In this document: one piece after another, positions 41,027 to 56,299 of the stretch
Layout: each line of letters opens with the position of its first letter
Numbering within the stretch: position 1 is the first letter of the stretch
Origin: Octopus sinensis
Taxonomy: Eukaryota
Direction of reading: 5' to 3'
Assembly (NCBI RefSeq): GCF_006345805.1
Contig: NC_043016.1
Span: 5,394,001 to 5,458,000 of the forward strand
DNA: 64,000 bases
The notes under the pieces: model-generated
Database searches by the model: none
Told to the model about the DNA's origin: nothing
What the model saw: the letters and a program-made list of their open reading frames with translations, nothing else
Translations under genes and position numbers: made by a program

Positions 41027-44000
41027 AAGATTATATATATATATATATATATAAGGTTCACAGTTTAGGTGTGGCCTTGGAAAGAAAAACCTACAAAAAA
41101 TACCAAGGTCACCTCAGACAATTCGAAAAAGAACACATGAGTAAGTCACCTTACTTCTCGTTATCTCTTTTCGTTACAGATTTATGCTTAAAATAGAGTC
41201 GTCTTTCATACTGACCATTTTTGCCACTTTTACCCACTTTTTATTAAAACATTCGTTCGACAAAGCCTTCCTCTCTATTCTCATCCTCCTTTTCAAGTGG
41301 TACTTGAAAAGGTTGACGAGAGACTGACCAGAGAGGAAGGTGTTTGTTTGCAGTCCTTTCAAACGCGTCAACCACACAGCGTAACGAAAACCGTTTTCCC
41401 TTCCCGTTTAAAGGAAGGTGGTGGAATAATATAGACGATAGACTCGGCCGATAGGCGAGCCCGACCTACACGTGACAACAGCTGTTCGACTAAGGACCAC
41501 AGCTCTGAAATATCTGGACACTGCACGAGTGCGTGCAGAACGGTTTCGTCGCTCTGACCGCATGTCGGGCAGGTCGGTCCGGTGATGGTTTTCGAACCGT
41601 GTCTTTAGCTCTTCTCTCGAACAGGTAGTGCGTCTCGATAGCACTGCCAAGCCAGGGATTTCTGGAAGTTATCCATAGGCCCCGGCCCGAACGTCGTCCT
41701 GAACAGGGCGGGTTAGGAATTTCTCGTCAACGCCCAGGTTTCCCCCGAGTGTGTCGTCGGACCTCTCCCTCCACTAGTCCCTCTATAGAACGCTTTAGTC
41801 AATTGTAAGTTGCACAAGTTTGACCCCGGTCGGCAGAGCTGCTGTAGAGCTTGGCGACACTCTCGGTGCCAATCACCCAGTTTTTTCGGTCTCTTTTTGA
41901 TCCACGTTTGCCAGTTCTGTCAGTGAGACGAGCTGCGGGAAGTCGCGCCTCACAAACGGCGCCCACACCTATTCACCGTCGTCGATGAAGTTCCAGAGAT
42001 GTCGCAGTCTCAGCGCATGCCTGCGCATCATCAACCACGGCATGCCCAGTCCTCCATTCAACGGATGTTGACAGCAAATGGACTTCCTCACCATCGGAAC
42101 GCCACCCTCCACGGGAAGCGGAGAGTATGCGTTTCCAGTTTAGTGATATGGTGGCGTTGGTACAAGACGACGGTCAGGCGGTAATCGATGACGGATGCGA
42201 TGAACCGTTTCGCCACTTCCGCCCGGCCTTTTAGACAGCTTTCTCTCGGCCCTGTTTTGGCTGAGAGCGACCACTCTACTCGTGATCTCGTCCCAGTTCT
42301 TATCCATTTGAGGTCCGGACTGAACCAGACCCCGAGCAATTTAACCGGTCCGTCCGTCCAGCGTCCCACTACTGAGCCGCAGTCGGACGCATGGGCTTGC
42401 TTCTCCAGGTGCCGATAGCAAACCCACTGACTTTTCCGGGTTAATCTTTGCTCCCGTCATCCGCTTTCATATTTTCTTAGTGTCTCGCCTATCTTCTGGA
42501 TGTGTTTTGTCGCTCGACACTATGACGGTGACATCGTCCGTATATGCCGACACGATCGTCCCCGCAACCCGTTCCCGTGGGATGCCCCTCAGTGTCGCCA
42601 GCTTCCGCAAAACGGCTCTAGAGTCAATACATACAGAAGCGCCGACAGGGGACACCCCTGACGGACCGAACGCGTGATGTCAAACGGTTTCGACAGGTGA
42701 CCGTTCACCCACCCGAATCACCGATCGGATGCCGCTATACAAGGCAGCGATCCAACCGCGGAAGACGGGGCCGAAGCCAGCAGCCCTGAGGACGGCCGCC
42801 AAGTACCGATGGTCGACCCTATCGAAGGCTTTAGACTGATCCAATGCCAGGATCCTTAACTACCCTGTCCACAATGTAGCGCATCAGATGGAGGTTGTCA
42901 TGTATGGTCCTGCCCGGCACGGCGCATTTTTGCGTCCTGTCGACCAGTTTACCAATGACAAGCGCCAAACTCTCGGCTATTACTTTGGCCAAAATTTTCA
43001 AATCTGCATTGAACAGAGTGATGGGCCTGAAATTATCTATAAAATTCCCCATTTTGTTTGGGTCTTTCTTCACCAACGTCACTGAACCTCGGCTCACGAA
43101 ACCGGGGATTCTCCCGTTTTTTTTTGCCAGTTGCTGTAGACTGATGCCAAGAGGTCGCCAAACAAGTCTGGCATTTGACAATACAGCTCGTAGGGTAAAC
43201 CATCCAATCCAGGCGACTTATCCCTCGCGCAGCCCGCCATCGCATCCCACACGTCAGCGGCTGTGATGGGACTTTCACAAACTCCGCTTCTCTTGCCGAG
43301 AGCCGCGGCAGTCGGTCAGGTAGGCACTCAAATCCATCCCGCGTTCCGACCCACCACTCGCACCAAACAGTCGAGCAAAGTGCTGTTGAAAGGCCTCACA
43401 CATCCATTCGGGTTCGAGTAAACTGCATCCCTGTGATCTATTAGACCGAATGGTGGCTTTGTTGCCACTCTGCGCCTCCGCTACCCGGGCCTCTCGCGCA
43501 GCTTCGATCCCTTCGTTCCTTAAGGCACGCATTTTAGCTCTGACGACGCAACCTTCGTGCTTGGCGTTGAGGTGTTCGTCGAGGGCCATCCTCGCAGCCA
43601 GCACGTTGGTTGCGCTGCCAGTGGTAAATGCCTCTTCTAGTTTCTTAACCAAGTCTCCCTCTACTCTATTTCGTTCTATCGCTAATTCCTTGCTAAACCT
43701 AATTGATTCCGATTTTATTGCCATTTTCAGGGCGGTTGTTAACGACGGCTCCCGTCAGAGCCCTCTTAATTAACTCGCTAATCCGGTTCCTGTAAACCTG
43801 TCCGCTAACAGCGACGTGTGAGTTTCCAGTAACTGGGACCCTGCCTATGTGTTTTATATCTAAGTCGAGCGTACACGTAACAAATTTGTGATCGTGTAGC
43901 TTGACTATTTTAATTGTGGACATCCTACACTATCCCTATCCGCTGTCCTGCATAGAATTCTATCTAGATAAGATCTCGACGATCCGACGCGGTTTGTCCA

Positions 44001-46636
44001 AGTCCACGTTGGCACGTTCGGATGGTCGAGTCGGAAACTGTCAGACAAATGGAAACGTCTGAGCAGTTATTTGAGGCTCTTACAACCCCTTCTATTCCTA
44101 TCCCTTCCCACATAATCTAGATGCGTGTCCAAGGTAGCGTTCCAATCCTCTGAAAAAATCCGCCGGACCCGTTAAGGACGGTGCATAAACTGCCATCAGA
44201 CGGAATGCACACCCATTTCTGCCATCCACGTCCAAGACAACCAGCCTACCCTCCGGGTCTAGGAATATTGCTCTTACTTTTACATTTAGACTCTTTCGAA
44301 AAAGCACCGCGGTACCTCCACCACCCATGTTCGGCAGACAGGGAGAAAATCAAATGTCGAATTGATTGCCAAACATGGACTCGAGGGCCCGCGACTTGCT
44401 GAGTCTGGTTTCACTGATAGCTACTATATCCACGTTCAGTGACTTGATGTCGTTTAGAAGGTAACCTTGCTTCCAAGCCGATGCCAAGCCACGCGCATTC
44501 ACACAACCTAATTTAAGCATACTTGACATTTACGAAAATTGTGTTTTACACACTACATTAGAAGAGACAAGAGGCAAGAGGGGAGGTCGCTTACTCATTT
44601 TAAAAGTTTCATTTTTTTCTTCTTCTTTTGTATTGTTTTTGATGATTGTTTGTATAGTTTTTTCGAAAATATTGTTTTCAGTATGTGGTGTTGTGCTTGT
44701 GTTATGTGTAAAATTCTGATGTGTTTCGGTGGTGTGGTGTGCGGATGATTGTTTGTCTTAAAGTCATCTTCACATATGTCCGTGTTGGATGTGATGTAAT
44801 CCATTAATTTTTTATTGTCTGTGTCTATTGCAGTTAGTAGTGTGTGTGGTTTTACGGGTTCATTGCTTTTTTGATTGTCTAGGGGGATGTTGTTCTGAGT
44901 TAGATATCTCCCTGCTTTACTTCCTTGTTGGTGGATTCTTTGGATCTTTTCCTTTTACCCTCTGTGGCTATTTGCCATTCCGTCGAACTTTCGTCGTCCG
45001 ACATATCAGTAGGAGGTAAAGGCAAAGCATTTGCATTACTATGTATGCTTGTAGAAATTGTTGATGTTTTGTGCGGTGTTTGTGGTTGTTGTGGTGTTAG
45101 GGGTAGAATTTGTCTTCTCGTCACTGTTTTCTGTCTTTTTAGTTGTCGTCCTCGGTTTAGTGTTGGTATATCTTTTGTTGGTTCAGTATGTTGAATTGGT
45201 TGCGACGTCAACGGTGATTGTGTTGGTACTGTTTTTCTTTCTTAGTGATGTTGTTGGGGTTTGTTTGCTGTTTGTTGTTTTTCTTGGCATTGTTCCATAA
45301 TTGAGTGGTGGGTATTGTTGTTTGGCAACAAGGGGTTTTTTATTGTGTTTTCTGATTTGTTCTTTTTTGTTTTTTCTGTACCAGAGCGCACTTGGCAATT
45401 AAATGTTCGGGGCTGCCACATTTGTAGCATCTAGGCTTTTTGCCTTCTGCTACCACATATAGGCATTGCCCATTTTCCAAGTGGATCTTATCCGGTAGGC
45501 TCTCGATAGAGGCCCCCCTCAATCTGTATGGTCACCACTATTGTCTCCCCCCCCCAAATGTCGCCAAGGTACACGGCGGTTTCCAAAATGTTGATATTTT
45601 TTAATAGTAACAGATTGCCCCTGTTATCCATTTGTTAGGAATCTCGGGAGGTACATTTTTATATAGTGATTCGACTCACTCTCTGGTTTTTATAGTATGG
45701 GACCATGATGATTTCATCATTTCCCCCAGAGACTCAGTAGAGTGAGCTTTTGCCACTTCCTGTTTAGGGAAGAGGACCACTACTGTGTTAAACTGGGGAC
45801 CCCAGTTTATATATTCTTTTTCTTTCATTATGTTTTTTAGCATTATTCTACATCTGTTTTTGTAATCTGTTCGTTAGTTTTTTTGTGTTTTTCTTATAAT
45901 TTATATATGATTGTCTTATTTTCTATTTCTTGCTTTATATGTTGAGGTTAATGTAGCACTAAACCTTGCCCTCTGTTTGTGAAGAGAGATATTGTTTCTA
46001 AAAGTTCTTCGTTCGTGAATGTATAATCTGTTTCTTCTTCTGACGCAGAGTGTCAGCGAAATTTGTTGGTGTTGTTAATTCTGTTATATTAACATCTTCA
46101 CTATTAGATAGTTCATTTTTATTGTTGTTCTTGTTGTGCTGTTGTTGTTTTTGTCAATAGTTTTCGTGTGAGTTTTATGTTTATCATTTATGTTGGTCGT
46201 GGTGGTGGAGGAGGTGGTGGTGGTAGCAGTATTAGTCTCGTGGTTTCTGTTGTTAGTGGTGGTGGTGGTGGTGGTGGTGACAGGGCTGTTACCGCACGTG
46301 GTTGCAGCGTTCATTCCAACGATATTCATGTTTGCACTTTGCGTGCATGAGTTCTTTTTTTCTCCTAGCGTTTCCAAACTAGGAAAATGCTGGTCCATAA
46401 AGGAACGCGACCAGCGTTCTACAGTAAACTTTCTCTACATTTTCTAATGTCGAGAAGAAAATTACAGAAATGAAATGGGGTTGGAACTGCCCCTAGGCGC
46501 GAATTCCTCACTTGGAAAAACACTCAAACGAAAGTTGGGTGCCTTACACACCTTATTTGCAGAAATGTACACAAAATATGGGCTATAAATAGTTAAAATA
46601 AACGATTACCTTCGGAGCCGAAGTGACAGCACGTCC
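40818..46636 (-). mobile_element. Full-length Tx1/L1-like LINE T4, head-to-tail with T3
   Basis: ORF1 knuckle CYKCGSPEHLIAKC; APE GGGTAVLFRKSLNVKV..AVYAP; RT RPITLFNADLKILAK; junction with T3 is only gatagata (40810-40817). Confidence 0.92.
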
Positions 46637-46878
<242 letters not shown>

Positions 46879-47099
46879 ATAGAAAGATATATATGACTTA
46901 AAAAATAAAACGACTGACTGAAGAAAAAAGAAGAAATCAAAAGCAATAAGGAAAAGGATGTCCCACATTAGTGGACAGTGTAGCTAGGACAACTAACAAT
47001 TGAAGAAGGGTGTTGGTGCCGAGGATAGGCCCGCATGTGCGTCTGTTTATACACGTAAATTTGTCTATGTGTGCGATTGTGTATGCAGTGCATATATGT

Positions 47100-48660
<1,561 letters not shown>

Positions 48661-48790
48661 TGATCGATTCGAAGTGAGGCGAAGATGATATGTCGGTCGT
48701 TAAACGGTGCGATCACCGCACGTTATTTAGTCTGCTGTGTTGAGATGATCTCAGTACGCACGACAATCATTCTATATTGTGTGTTTATAT

Positions 48791-48826
<36 letters not shown>

Positions 48827-48876
48827 ATAAACAAATATATGCATATACATTCATATAACGTACATGTATATTTAAA

Positions 48877-49270
48877 GTGCGTAACATAGTGGTCTGGGTT
48901 TTCGGCTCATGATTTTAAGGTTGCGAGCTCGATTCCTTGTGGTTTGTTGTGTCCTTGAGCAAGATATTTTACTTCACTTCGCCGGCAAAAAAATTTGTAT
49001 CTGTAATTCAAAGGGCCAGCCTTGTCGCATTCAATGCCGCGATGAATCTGCCTGAGAACGGTGTTAAGGTTACCCGTGTCTGCGGTATGTTCAGCTACAT
49101 GTTAACTTTACGAGTAGGCTGTTCCCATGACTGGATTAACTGGAATATTCGTTGTCATAACCGACGGAGTTCCAGTGTGTTCAGTTTACTGTTTTAAGAT
49201 CGTGAGATCGATTCCTAGTGACATGTCGTGTCAACCGGAAACCAGGTCGTCGTAACCGATGAAGTGTCAG
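48877..49270 (+). mobile_element. tRNA/CORE-type SINE family C, decayed, with a partial second unit
   Basis: gtgtccttgagcaagatattttacttcac (CORE-like), aagggccagccttgtc, 3' gtcgtcgtaaccga; matches 56300-56870. Confidence 0.65.
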
Positions 49271-49347
49271 GATATATGTATAAATTTTTATGGTAAATAC
49301 ATATTTTCTGATGGGTGAAGTAGCCCGGAATCTGCTGAACGAGCTGG

Positions 49348-49399
49348 CCTTACTGACGATGGCTACGGAAATAGCTGAAACTGACCGGTCGGTCTTAGG
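49348..49399 (+). ncRNA. Compact type I hammerhead ribozyme motif
   Basis: ccuua CUGACGA u ggcua-cggaaa-uagcu GAAA cuga-ccgg-ucgGUC uuagg; predicted cleavage after C49394. Confidence 0.75.
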
Positions 49400-49569
49400 A
49401 ATTCTCGGTTCGGAGTTCGGGGCAATTGCAGCTCCTACCAGAATATATGTCTTATAACATTAGAGCATTTTAGCTCTTAATTTTAGCAATGTAGGCGTCG
49501 TGACACGCTTAGTCACGTTTAGTTGACGACTATAATTCTCCCTTACTGTGTAACATTGCAACTAGCTGC

Positions 49570-49593
49570 TTTTATTAGTTGATATGTGTGTGT

Positions 49594-49656
<63 letters not shown>

Positions 49657-49779
49657 GTGTGTATTTTCCGTTTGTGTGGACATCTATTTTTTTAACATAT
49701 TTAAATAATGCCATGTATATATATGCATATATGTGTGTGTGTGTGTGTGTGTGTATACATACATACATATACATATATA

Positions 49780-49812
<33 letters not shown>

Positions 49813-51264
49813 ATTATACATATACATATACATACATATACATACAAATACATATACACACAGACACACACACACATGCATACAGATGCGGCGAGCTGGC
49901 AAAATCGCTAGCGGCATTAAGTCCGTCTTTTGGTGTCGATAAAATAAGTAGCAGTTGAACACTGGGGTCAATGTAATCGACTCATCTGCCCCTCCCCACG
50001 AAACCAATGTATACACACACTCACAAACATTGAGGCATACATTCATGAATATGCGCACGTGAATGTATATGCATGTATATATGTATGTATGTGATTGGGC
50101 CTACCTGTATATATTATGAGTGCGTGTCTGTATATTGAGAAATAGAAAGGCAGAGAGATACGGGTGGAGGACATTAGATAGATACAAAGGCAGATAGTGA
50201 TGGGTATGATGTTGCTGTTGATGGTAATGATGTTAGTGATGTACACAAATACACACATACATACAGTAGTGCCGTTTGTAACGGTTGTAGTTGCAGTGGT
50301 GGTGTTAATTAGTGTGTCGGTAAAGACGGTGTTACTGGTCGCTTCACTGCATGCGCTGGTGGTAGTATTGGTCGAGGTAACAGTAATGTCGTGCTGCTGC
50401 TAGTGATGATGATGATGAGAATGATGACGATAATGATGATGATGATCATCATCATGATGATGATGACGACGACGACGACGACGATTGCGGCGGCGGAGGA
50501 GGAGCTGGTGGTAATGATGGTTATATTGATAAGGGAAGAGCAGAAAGAAAGAGAGAGAAAGATGGAAGGAGAGAATGTGTGGGAGCCAAAGAGAAAGAAA
50601 TAAAGAAACGCATACATACATGCACATGTATATATAATATATATATATATATATATGTATATATATTATATACAGACACATATATATACACACATACATA
50701 GTGATGGAAGGGGAGGGAGGGAAGGAGAAAAAGACAGACAAAGACAGTGGGAGAGAGAGAAAAGGAGGAAAGAGGTGGAGTAGGCATGTAATTTCTTTTC
50801 ACGACTATATTTGCTTAACTGATGAACGCTGCTGATATGAAAGAAAATTAATTTTTCCATATACAGTCAGCCACACGGCATAGAAGAGGGATTTAATTCA
50901 ATAAAGAAGAAATCTATGCTGGGTTCGCTCGCTTCATCCCTGCCATCTTGTTTGTCTTCTTGCCTTGCTGTCCAGCCTCACTTCTACCCACACTCTCGTA
51001 CTTACACGCGCGCGCGCCCGGGCGTACACACACACACATACAAACGGGCGCGTGCACACACAACATGCACATACACATGCATATATACATGCAAAGAAAT
51101 ACACATTAATACATACATGCATGCATACATATATGCTTGCATGCATGCATACTTACATGCATGCATACCTACATACATACATACATACATACATACATAC
51201 ATACATACATACATACATACAAACATACATATATACATACATACATACGCACATACATACATAC
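49570..51264. repeat. Mostly simple and cryptic repeats: (TG)n, (TACA)n, (GAT/GAC)n, purine tracts; includes a SINE N fragment at 49886-50005
   Basis: Direct reading; ggtgtcgataaaataagtagcagttgaacactggggtc matches SINE N. Confidence 0.75.
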
Positions 51265-51575
51265 AGGTTTGGCTGTGTGGTAAGAAGTTTGCTTCTCAAC
51301 CACCTGCGTGGTATCTTGGATGAATGTCTTCTACTATGGCTTTGGGCTGAGCAAAGCCCTGTGAGTGGATTTGACAGATGAAAAAAGAAGCTCGTCGTAT
51401 ATATGTATATACATATATGTGTGTCTTTGTGTCTGTTTGTCCCTGCCATCACTGCTTGAAACCAGTGTTGGTGTGTTTAAGTCCCTGTAAATTAGCGGTT
51501 CGGTAAAAGACACCGATAGAATAAGTAGTAGGCTTTAAATAAAAGTACTGGAGTAACATCTTTCGACTAAAAATT
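51265..51575 (+). mobile_element. SINE A, decayed
   Basis: Homology to other A copies. Confidence 0.75.
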
Positions 51576-51665
51576 CCTGAAAATAGCAGATAACATACAT
51601 ACTTACATACATAAAATATACATACATGCATATATACGTACACACATACACACAGACATACATAC

Positions 51666-51707
<42 letters not shown>

Positions 51708-51838
51708 GAAAAAAAAATTAAATTACACCATATAGAAAATTACATGTAATAGAAATATTAAAATTAAAATAACAATAAAATGTCAATGATTAAGTAAATT
51801 GCAAAAAATAATAATAATAACCTATATAATAGGTAGAA

Positions 51839-51927
51839 CAATGACACGTGTTTCGTAGCTATATTTAAGAAATGATTATAGTAGTAGAGAAATCACTTCG
51901 ATATGAATATAGTCACTCATCAGGTTA
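51839..51927 (-). ncRNA. Hammerhead motif with intact core and weak stem I
   Basis: uaac CUGAUGA gugacuauau...auauagcuac GAAA C acgu G UC auug. Confidence 0.6.
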
Positions 51928-52001
51928 AAAATAAACTAGAACAATAAAATAATTAATTAATAAATATACTTTAATATATATATATTATATATATATATAA
52001 T

Positions 52002-52060
<59 letters not shown>

Positions 52061-52441
52061 CATTAAATTGTAATCAAAATAAGAAATGGTTCAAATATAG
52101 ACAAACTCCTTAAATAAGCTAACCATATAATAAATATAAATGAGTAGTATCTATAGATTTAATATAACAATCTATAACAAAGCTGACTAAATATCAAATA
52201 ATATAATACCTAATTAACTTAAAATTAAATATTACAAATAAATAAGCCACCTAATAATTAAATAATATATTGTCTGACGAAATTAATTCTTAAATTAAAT
52301 TAAATGTAATAGGTTAGATCCCTTTATATATATATATCAATAATAACAAAGGGTAAAATTAATTAATTAAGAAGTAATCAATAAATTTCGCCAAGTAGAA
52401 TTCGGTATGAAAACAGGACCGTTACACGGTAAATTTTAGTA

Positions 52442-52788
52442 ATACTAATAAAAAGGGTTCAGCAAAGAATTGCCTCACCACACACCGAAGTTCAGAAATA
52501 GCACCCAAAAATCTTAGCCATTTCTTCTACTTTAAAAAGGGTCTTCCAGAGAAACCAAAATACTTGAAGGTTATTCACACAGGCAGAGAGTAAAGTAACG
52601 AAAATCAATCAATATCCGATGATATTGGATCATATGGATGATCGGATACTGATTTTCGTTACTTTACTCTCTGCCTGTGTAAATAACCTTCAAGTATTTT
52701 GGTTTCTCTGGAAGACCCTATTTGGCTGCTATTTCTGAACTTCGGTGTGTGGTGAGGCAATTCTTTGCTGAACCCTTTTTATTAGTAT
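52442..52788. repeat. Fold-back with 62-bp outer and 70-bp inner arms
   Basis: 52442-52503 = rc of 52727-52788; 52538-52607 = rc of 52650-52719 (1 mismatch). Confidence 0.93.
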
Positions 52789-53351
52789 ATATATATATAT
52801 ATATATATTTTAAAAAGAGATGTAAGAATTAATATCTATCGTAACTTATATCTATCATATATATAAAAGATATAATGGCGAGAATAATATGTTAATGGAA
52901 AGTAAGAAAACCTATCAACCCCAAAATTAAGAATGGTGCAAAAATATTAGAACCAAGAACAATACACTATGAAGATGTACAATCACAATCACCAGTCCTG
53001 TGGTGAGGCAATTCTTTGCTGAACCCTTTTTATTAGTATATATATATATATATATATATTTTAAAAAGAGATGTAAGAATTAATATCTATCGTAACTTAT
53101 ATCTATCAATATATATAAAAAGATATAATGGCGAGAATAATATGTTAATGGAAAGTAAGAAAACCTATCAACCCCAAAATTAAAGAATGGTGCAAAAATA
53201 TTAGAACCAAAGAACAATACACTATGAAGATGTACAATCACAATCACCAGTCCTATACAAAACCAGTGAATAACAATAACAATAATAACAACGATCAAAC
53301 TCAAAATAATAACAAGATCTAACCAATATTGATAAACAAACTAAATTACTA

Positions 53352-54643
53352 CGAAGGACGTTCAATAAGTAATGCCCCTGACCCACTTGAAGTTGTTTGA
53401 TCTAGCTGAAATTTTGCATGTGCAATCATTTATATCTCTATAGAGTAAGTGGCAGATTACAGCTCTGAATTAATTGTGGTTTCTGATTTACAAGTGTTTG
53501 AACCGAGTCAAGTGTGAAATGGAGCCTGTTGAGTGTCGAGCAGTGATCCGGTATTTGTATTTGAAAGGACGCACACCACGGGAGACTTTTGATGAAATGA
53601 AAGTAACTTATGGTGATGATGCCCTATCATATGACCTTGTAAAACGCTGGCATCGTGAATTCAAACATGGTCGGAACTCTGTGGAAACAGCTCCCAGATC
53701 TGGTCGCACTTCTTCTGCCAGTGATGCGGCATCTGTCCGTCAAGTTGAGGCTGTCATTTTGGAAGATCGACGCATAATTATTCGCCAAATAGCCCATGAG
53801 GTCAAGATTAGTACCGGGTCTGTAGAAACTATCATTCATGACCATTTGCATATGCAAAAGGTGTCTGCCAGATGGATTCCCAGGTTTCTCACACATTTCC
53901 AGAAGCAAGAACGCGTCGAGTGCTCGAGGATGAATTTGGAGATATGCCAAGAAGATGAGTCAAAATTTTTCAAAAGACTGATTACACAGGATGAAATTTG
54001 GATCCATTACTATGATCCAGAGACCAAAGCCCAGTCAATGCAGTGGCAGCACCGTGACTCACCTTCTCCAAAGAAGGCAAGGGTGCAGCCCTCCGCTGGC
54101 AAGGTCATGCTCACAGTTTTCTGGGACCAGGACGGAGTAGTGATGACAGATTTCCTGGCAAAGGGTACCACAATTACAGGAGCCTATTATGCTTCACTTT
54201 TGAGGAAATTAAGAGAAGCTATCAAAATCAAGAGGCGGGGCAAGTTCAGCAAAGGCATCCTCCTCCTGCAGGACAACACTCCGGTCCACAACTCGCGTGT
54301 CGCCAGATCAAAAGCACAGGCGTGCGGCTATGAACTCCTCCCTCATTCCCCCTACTTTCCTGATCTTGCACCCTCTGACTTTCACCTCTTCCCAGCCATG
54401 AAGTTGTTTTTGAAAGGAAAGCGTTTCCCAGATGATGCAGCCTTATTTCTGAAGTCACGTCGTGGTTGGAGGACCAAGCTAGGGTCTTCTACAAAATCGG
54501 TCTCTAGAGCTGCACCAAAGGATGGGAGAAATGCGTAACTCTGGGTAGTTCCTATGTAGAAGAAGACTAATCACTGTGCCAAGTTTCGTTGCTCTACTTC
54601 TATGGAAAGTGGGTCAGGGGCATTACTTATTGAACGCCCCTCG
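53352..54643 (+). mobile_element. Mariner (DD34D) transposon, full length, 1292 bp
   Basis: 37-bp TIRs 53352-53388 and 54607-54643 (2 mismatches); TA TSD at 53350-51 and 54644-45. Confidence 0.97.
53519..54570 (+). pseudogene. Mariner transposase, nearly intact (one late frameshift and one stop)
   Basis: WIPRFL, ITQDEIW, LQDNTPVH, YFPDLAPSD with 34 residues between D2 and D3; the native C-terminus SEVTSWL..GL*SCTKGWEKC..YVEED* is in another frame after ~54445. Confidence 0.92.
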
Positions 54644-55295
54644 TAAGTTCAACGATTATGTTAATCTATCTGGATTTTAAATGTATTAATATGTTTTAGC
54701 GTCTAATTAATATACTAAATACGATTCCAATCATGAATAATACAATCAAAAATTTGAAATAGTACAAATATACTCAAATGCATTATATAAATTAGTTATA
54801 TTAATATCCATGTATTATATCTATAGATTTAATATATCACACGATAAAAAAAGTTAAACATAAATTATATATTAAAATTAAAACTAGTTTATTTAAAAAT
54901 AATACTATTTAATGAAAATATTATCTAATTATAAAAATAAATATAGTCTAACAATATTAATTCTCAAATTAAATAATATGTAAAACGTTAAAATCCTTTA
55001 TAATAATTAAAAGATAACATATCCAAAATCGAACGTAAAAAATACTATCAAGAAACTATAAATAAATAATAATGTTACAACAACAATAATAATAATAATA
55101 GCAACAGTAATAATAATAATTTCAAACACACAACGATTCAAAATTCAAATGAAATAGAGAAACGATAAAATGTCAAACTTAGCTTTGCGAAGTGAAATAG
55201 TAACTGATTTTTAAAGTAAATAGTTAAAGCGTTTATAAAATTTATCGCGTGGAGACTTAGTGCAAAGAAATAGAATAAATACTCAATGAAAGTGG

Positions 55296-55327
<32 letters not shown>

Positions 55328-55694
55328 CTGTTATCAATGAAAAATACGAAAAAACCTCATGAACTAAAGAAATGTGAGAAAAAAACACAACTTATGGAGA
55401 AATTAATATGAAGACATCCAACTAACAGGCACCTATTAAGATATTAATAACAAAATTAACCACAGCTAAACATTTACTTAATCATTGACATTTTATTGTT
55501 ACTTTAATCTTAATATTTCTATTATATGTAATTTTCTAGATGGTGTAATTTAATTGTTCATTTTGAATTGATAAAAGGTGTTTTTTTTTCTATTTTTTAC
55601 AATATATATATTATATTGTGTGAAATTTGATTTAGTATTTCTAAATTGAATTTTTCCTTGTAAGTTTGGATTTTGTTCCCTCAAATAATAATTT

Positions 55695-55781
<87 letters not shown>

Positions 55782-55784
55782 TTT

Positions 55785-56055
55785 CTTTTGTCTTTACTTG
55801 TTTCAGTCATTAGATTACGGCCTGCTGGAGTACCGCCTTGGAGAATTTTTAGTCGAATGAATCGACCCCAGTTATTTTTTTCATTTCTTTTTAAAGCCTG
55901 GTCCTTGTTTTATCGGTCTCTTTAGCCGAACCGCTAAATTACGGTGACATAAACACACACTCACCGTTTTTCAAGCGGTGGTGGAGGGAGAAATACAGAC
56001 ACAAAGCCGCACAGATATTTGTCCCCATCCACCGCTTGACGACCGGTGCTGGTGT
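55785..56055 (-). mobile_element. SINE A tail half
   Basis: Homology to other A copies. Confidence 0.75.
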
Positions 56056-56299
56056 GTTTATATGTATGTCCATTGCACTAAAGTTCTTCCTAGAGGTAAG
56101 ACAAAGTTTTTATATTCGCTGCCCGCACACATCTCTGCCTCTATGCATTCAGTGGAGCTTTACCTAGCACCGAACGGTTATCGACTGCTATTTCCAGCAA
56201 ATAATGGTACTTCGTGTACCACTACTTCATATATATATATATATTGTAATGTAGTACAGTTTCAGTTGTAGTATGATATAGTATAAAGTGCTGAAATAA

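Larger units (their letters stand above)
51690..53349. mobile_element. Patchwork of Penelope-like segments separated by (TA)n
   Basis: Contains an HHR (51839-51927), a fold-back (52442-52788) and a tandem duplication (52748-53254); continues after the mariner at 54646-~55120. Confidence 0.55.
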
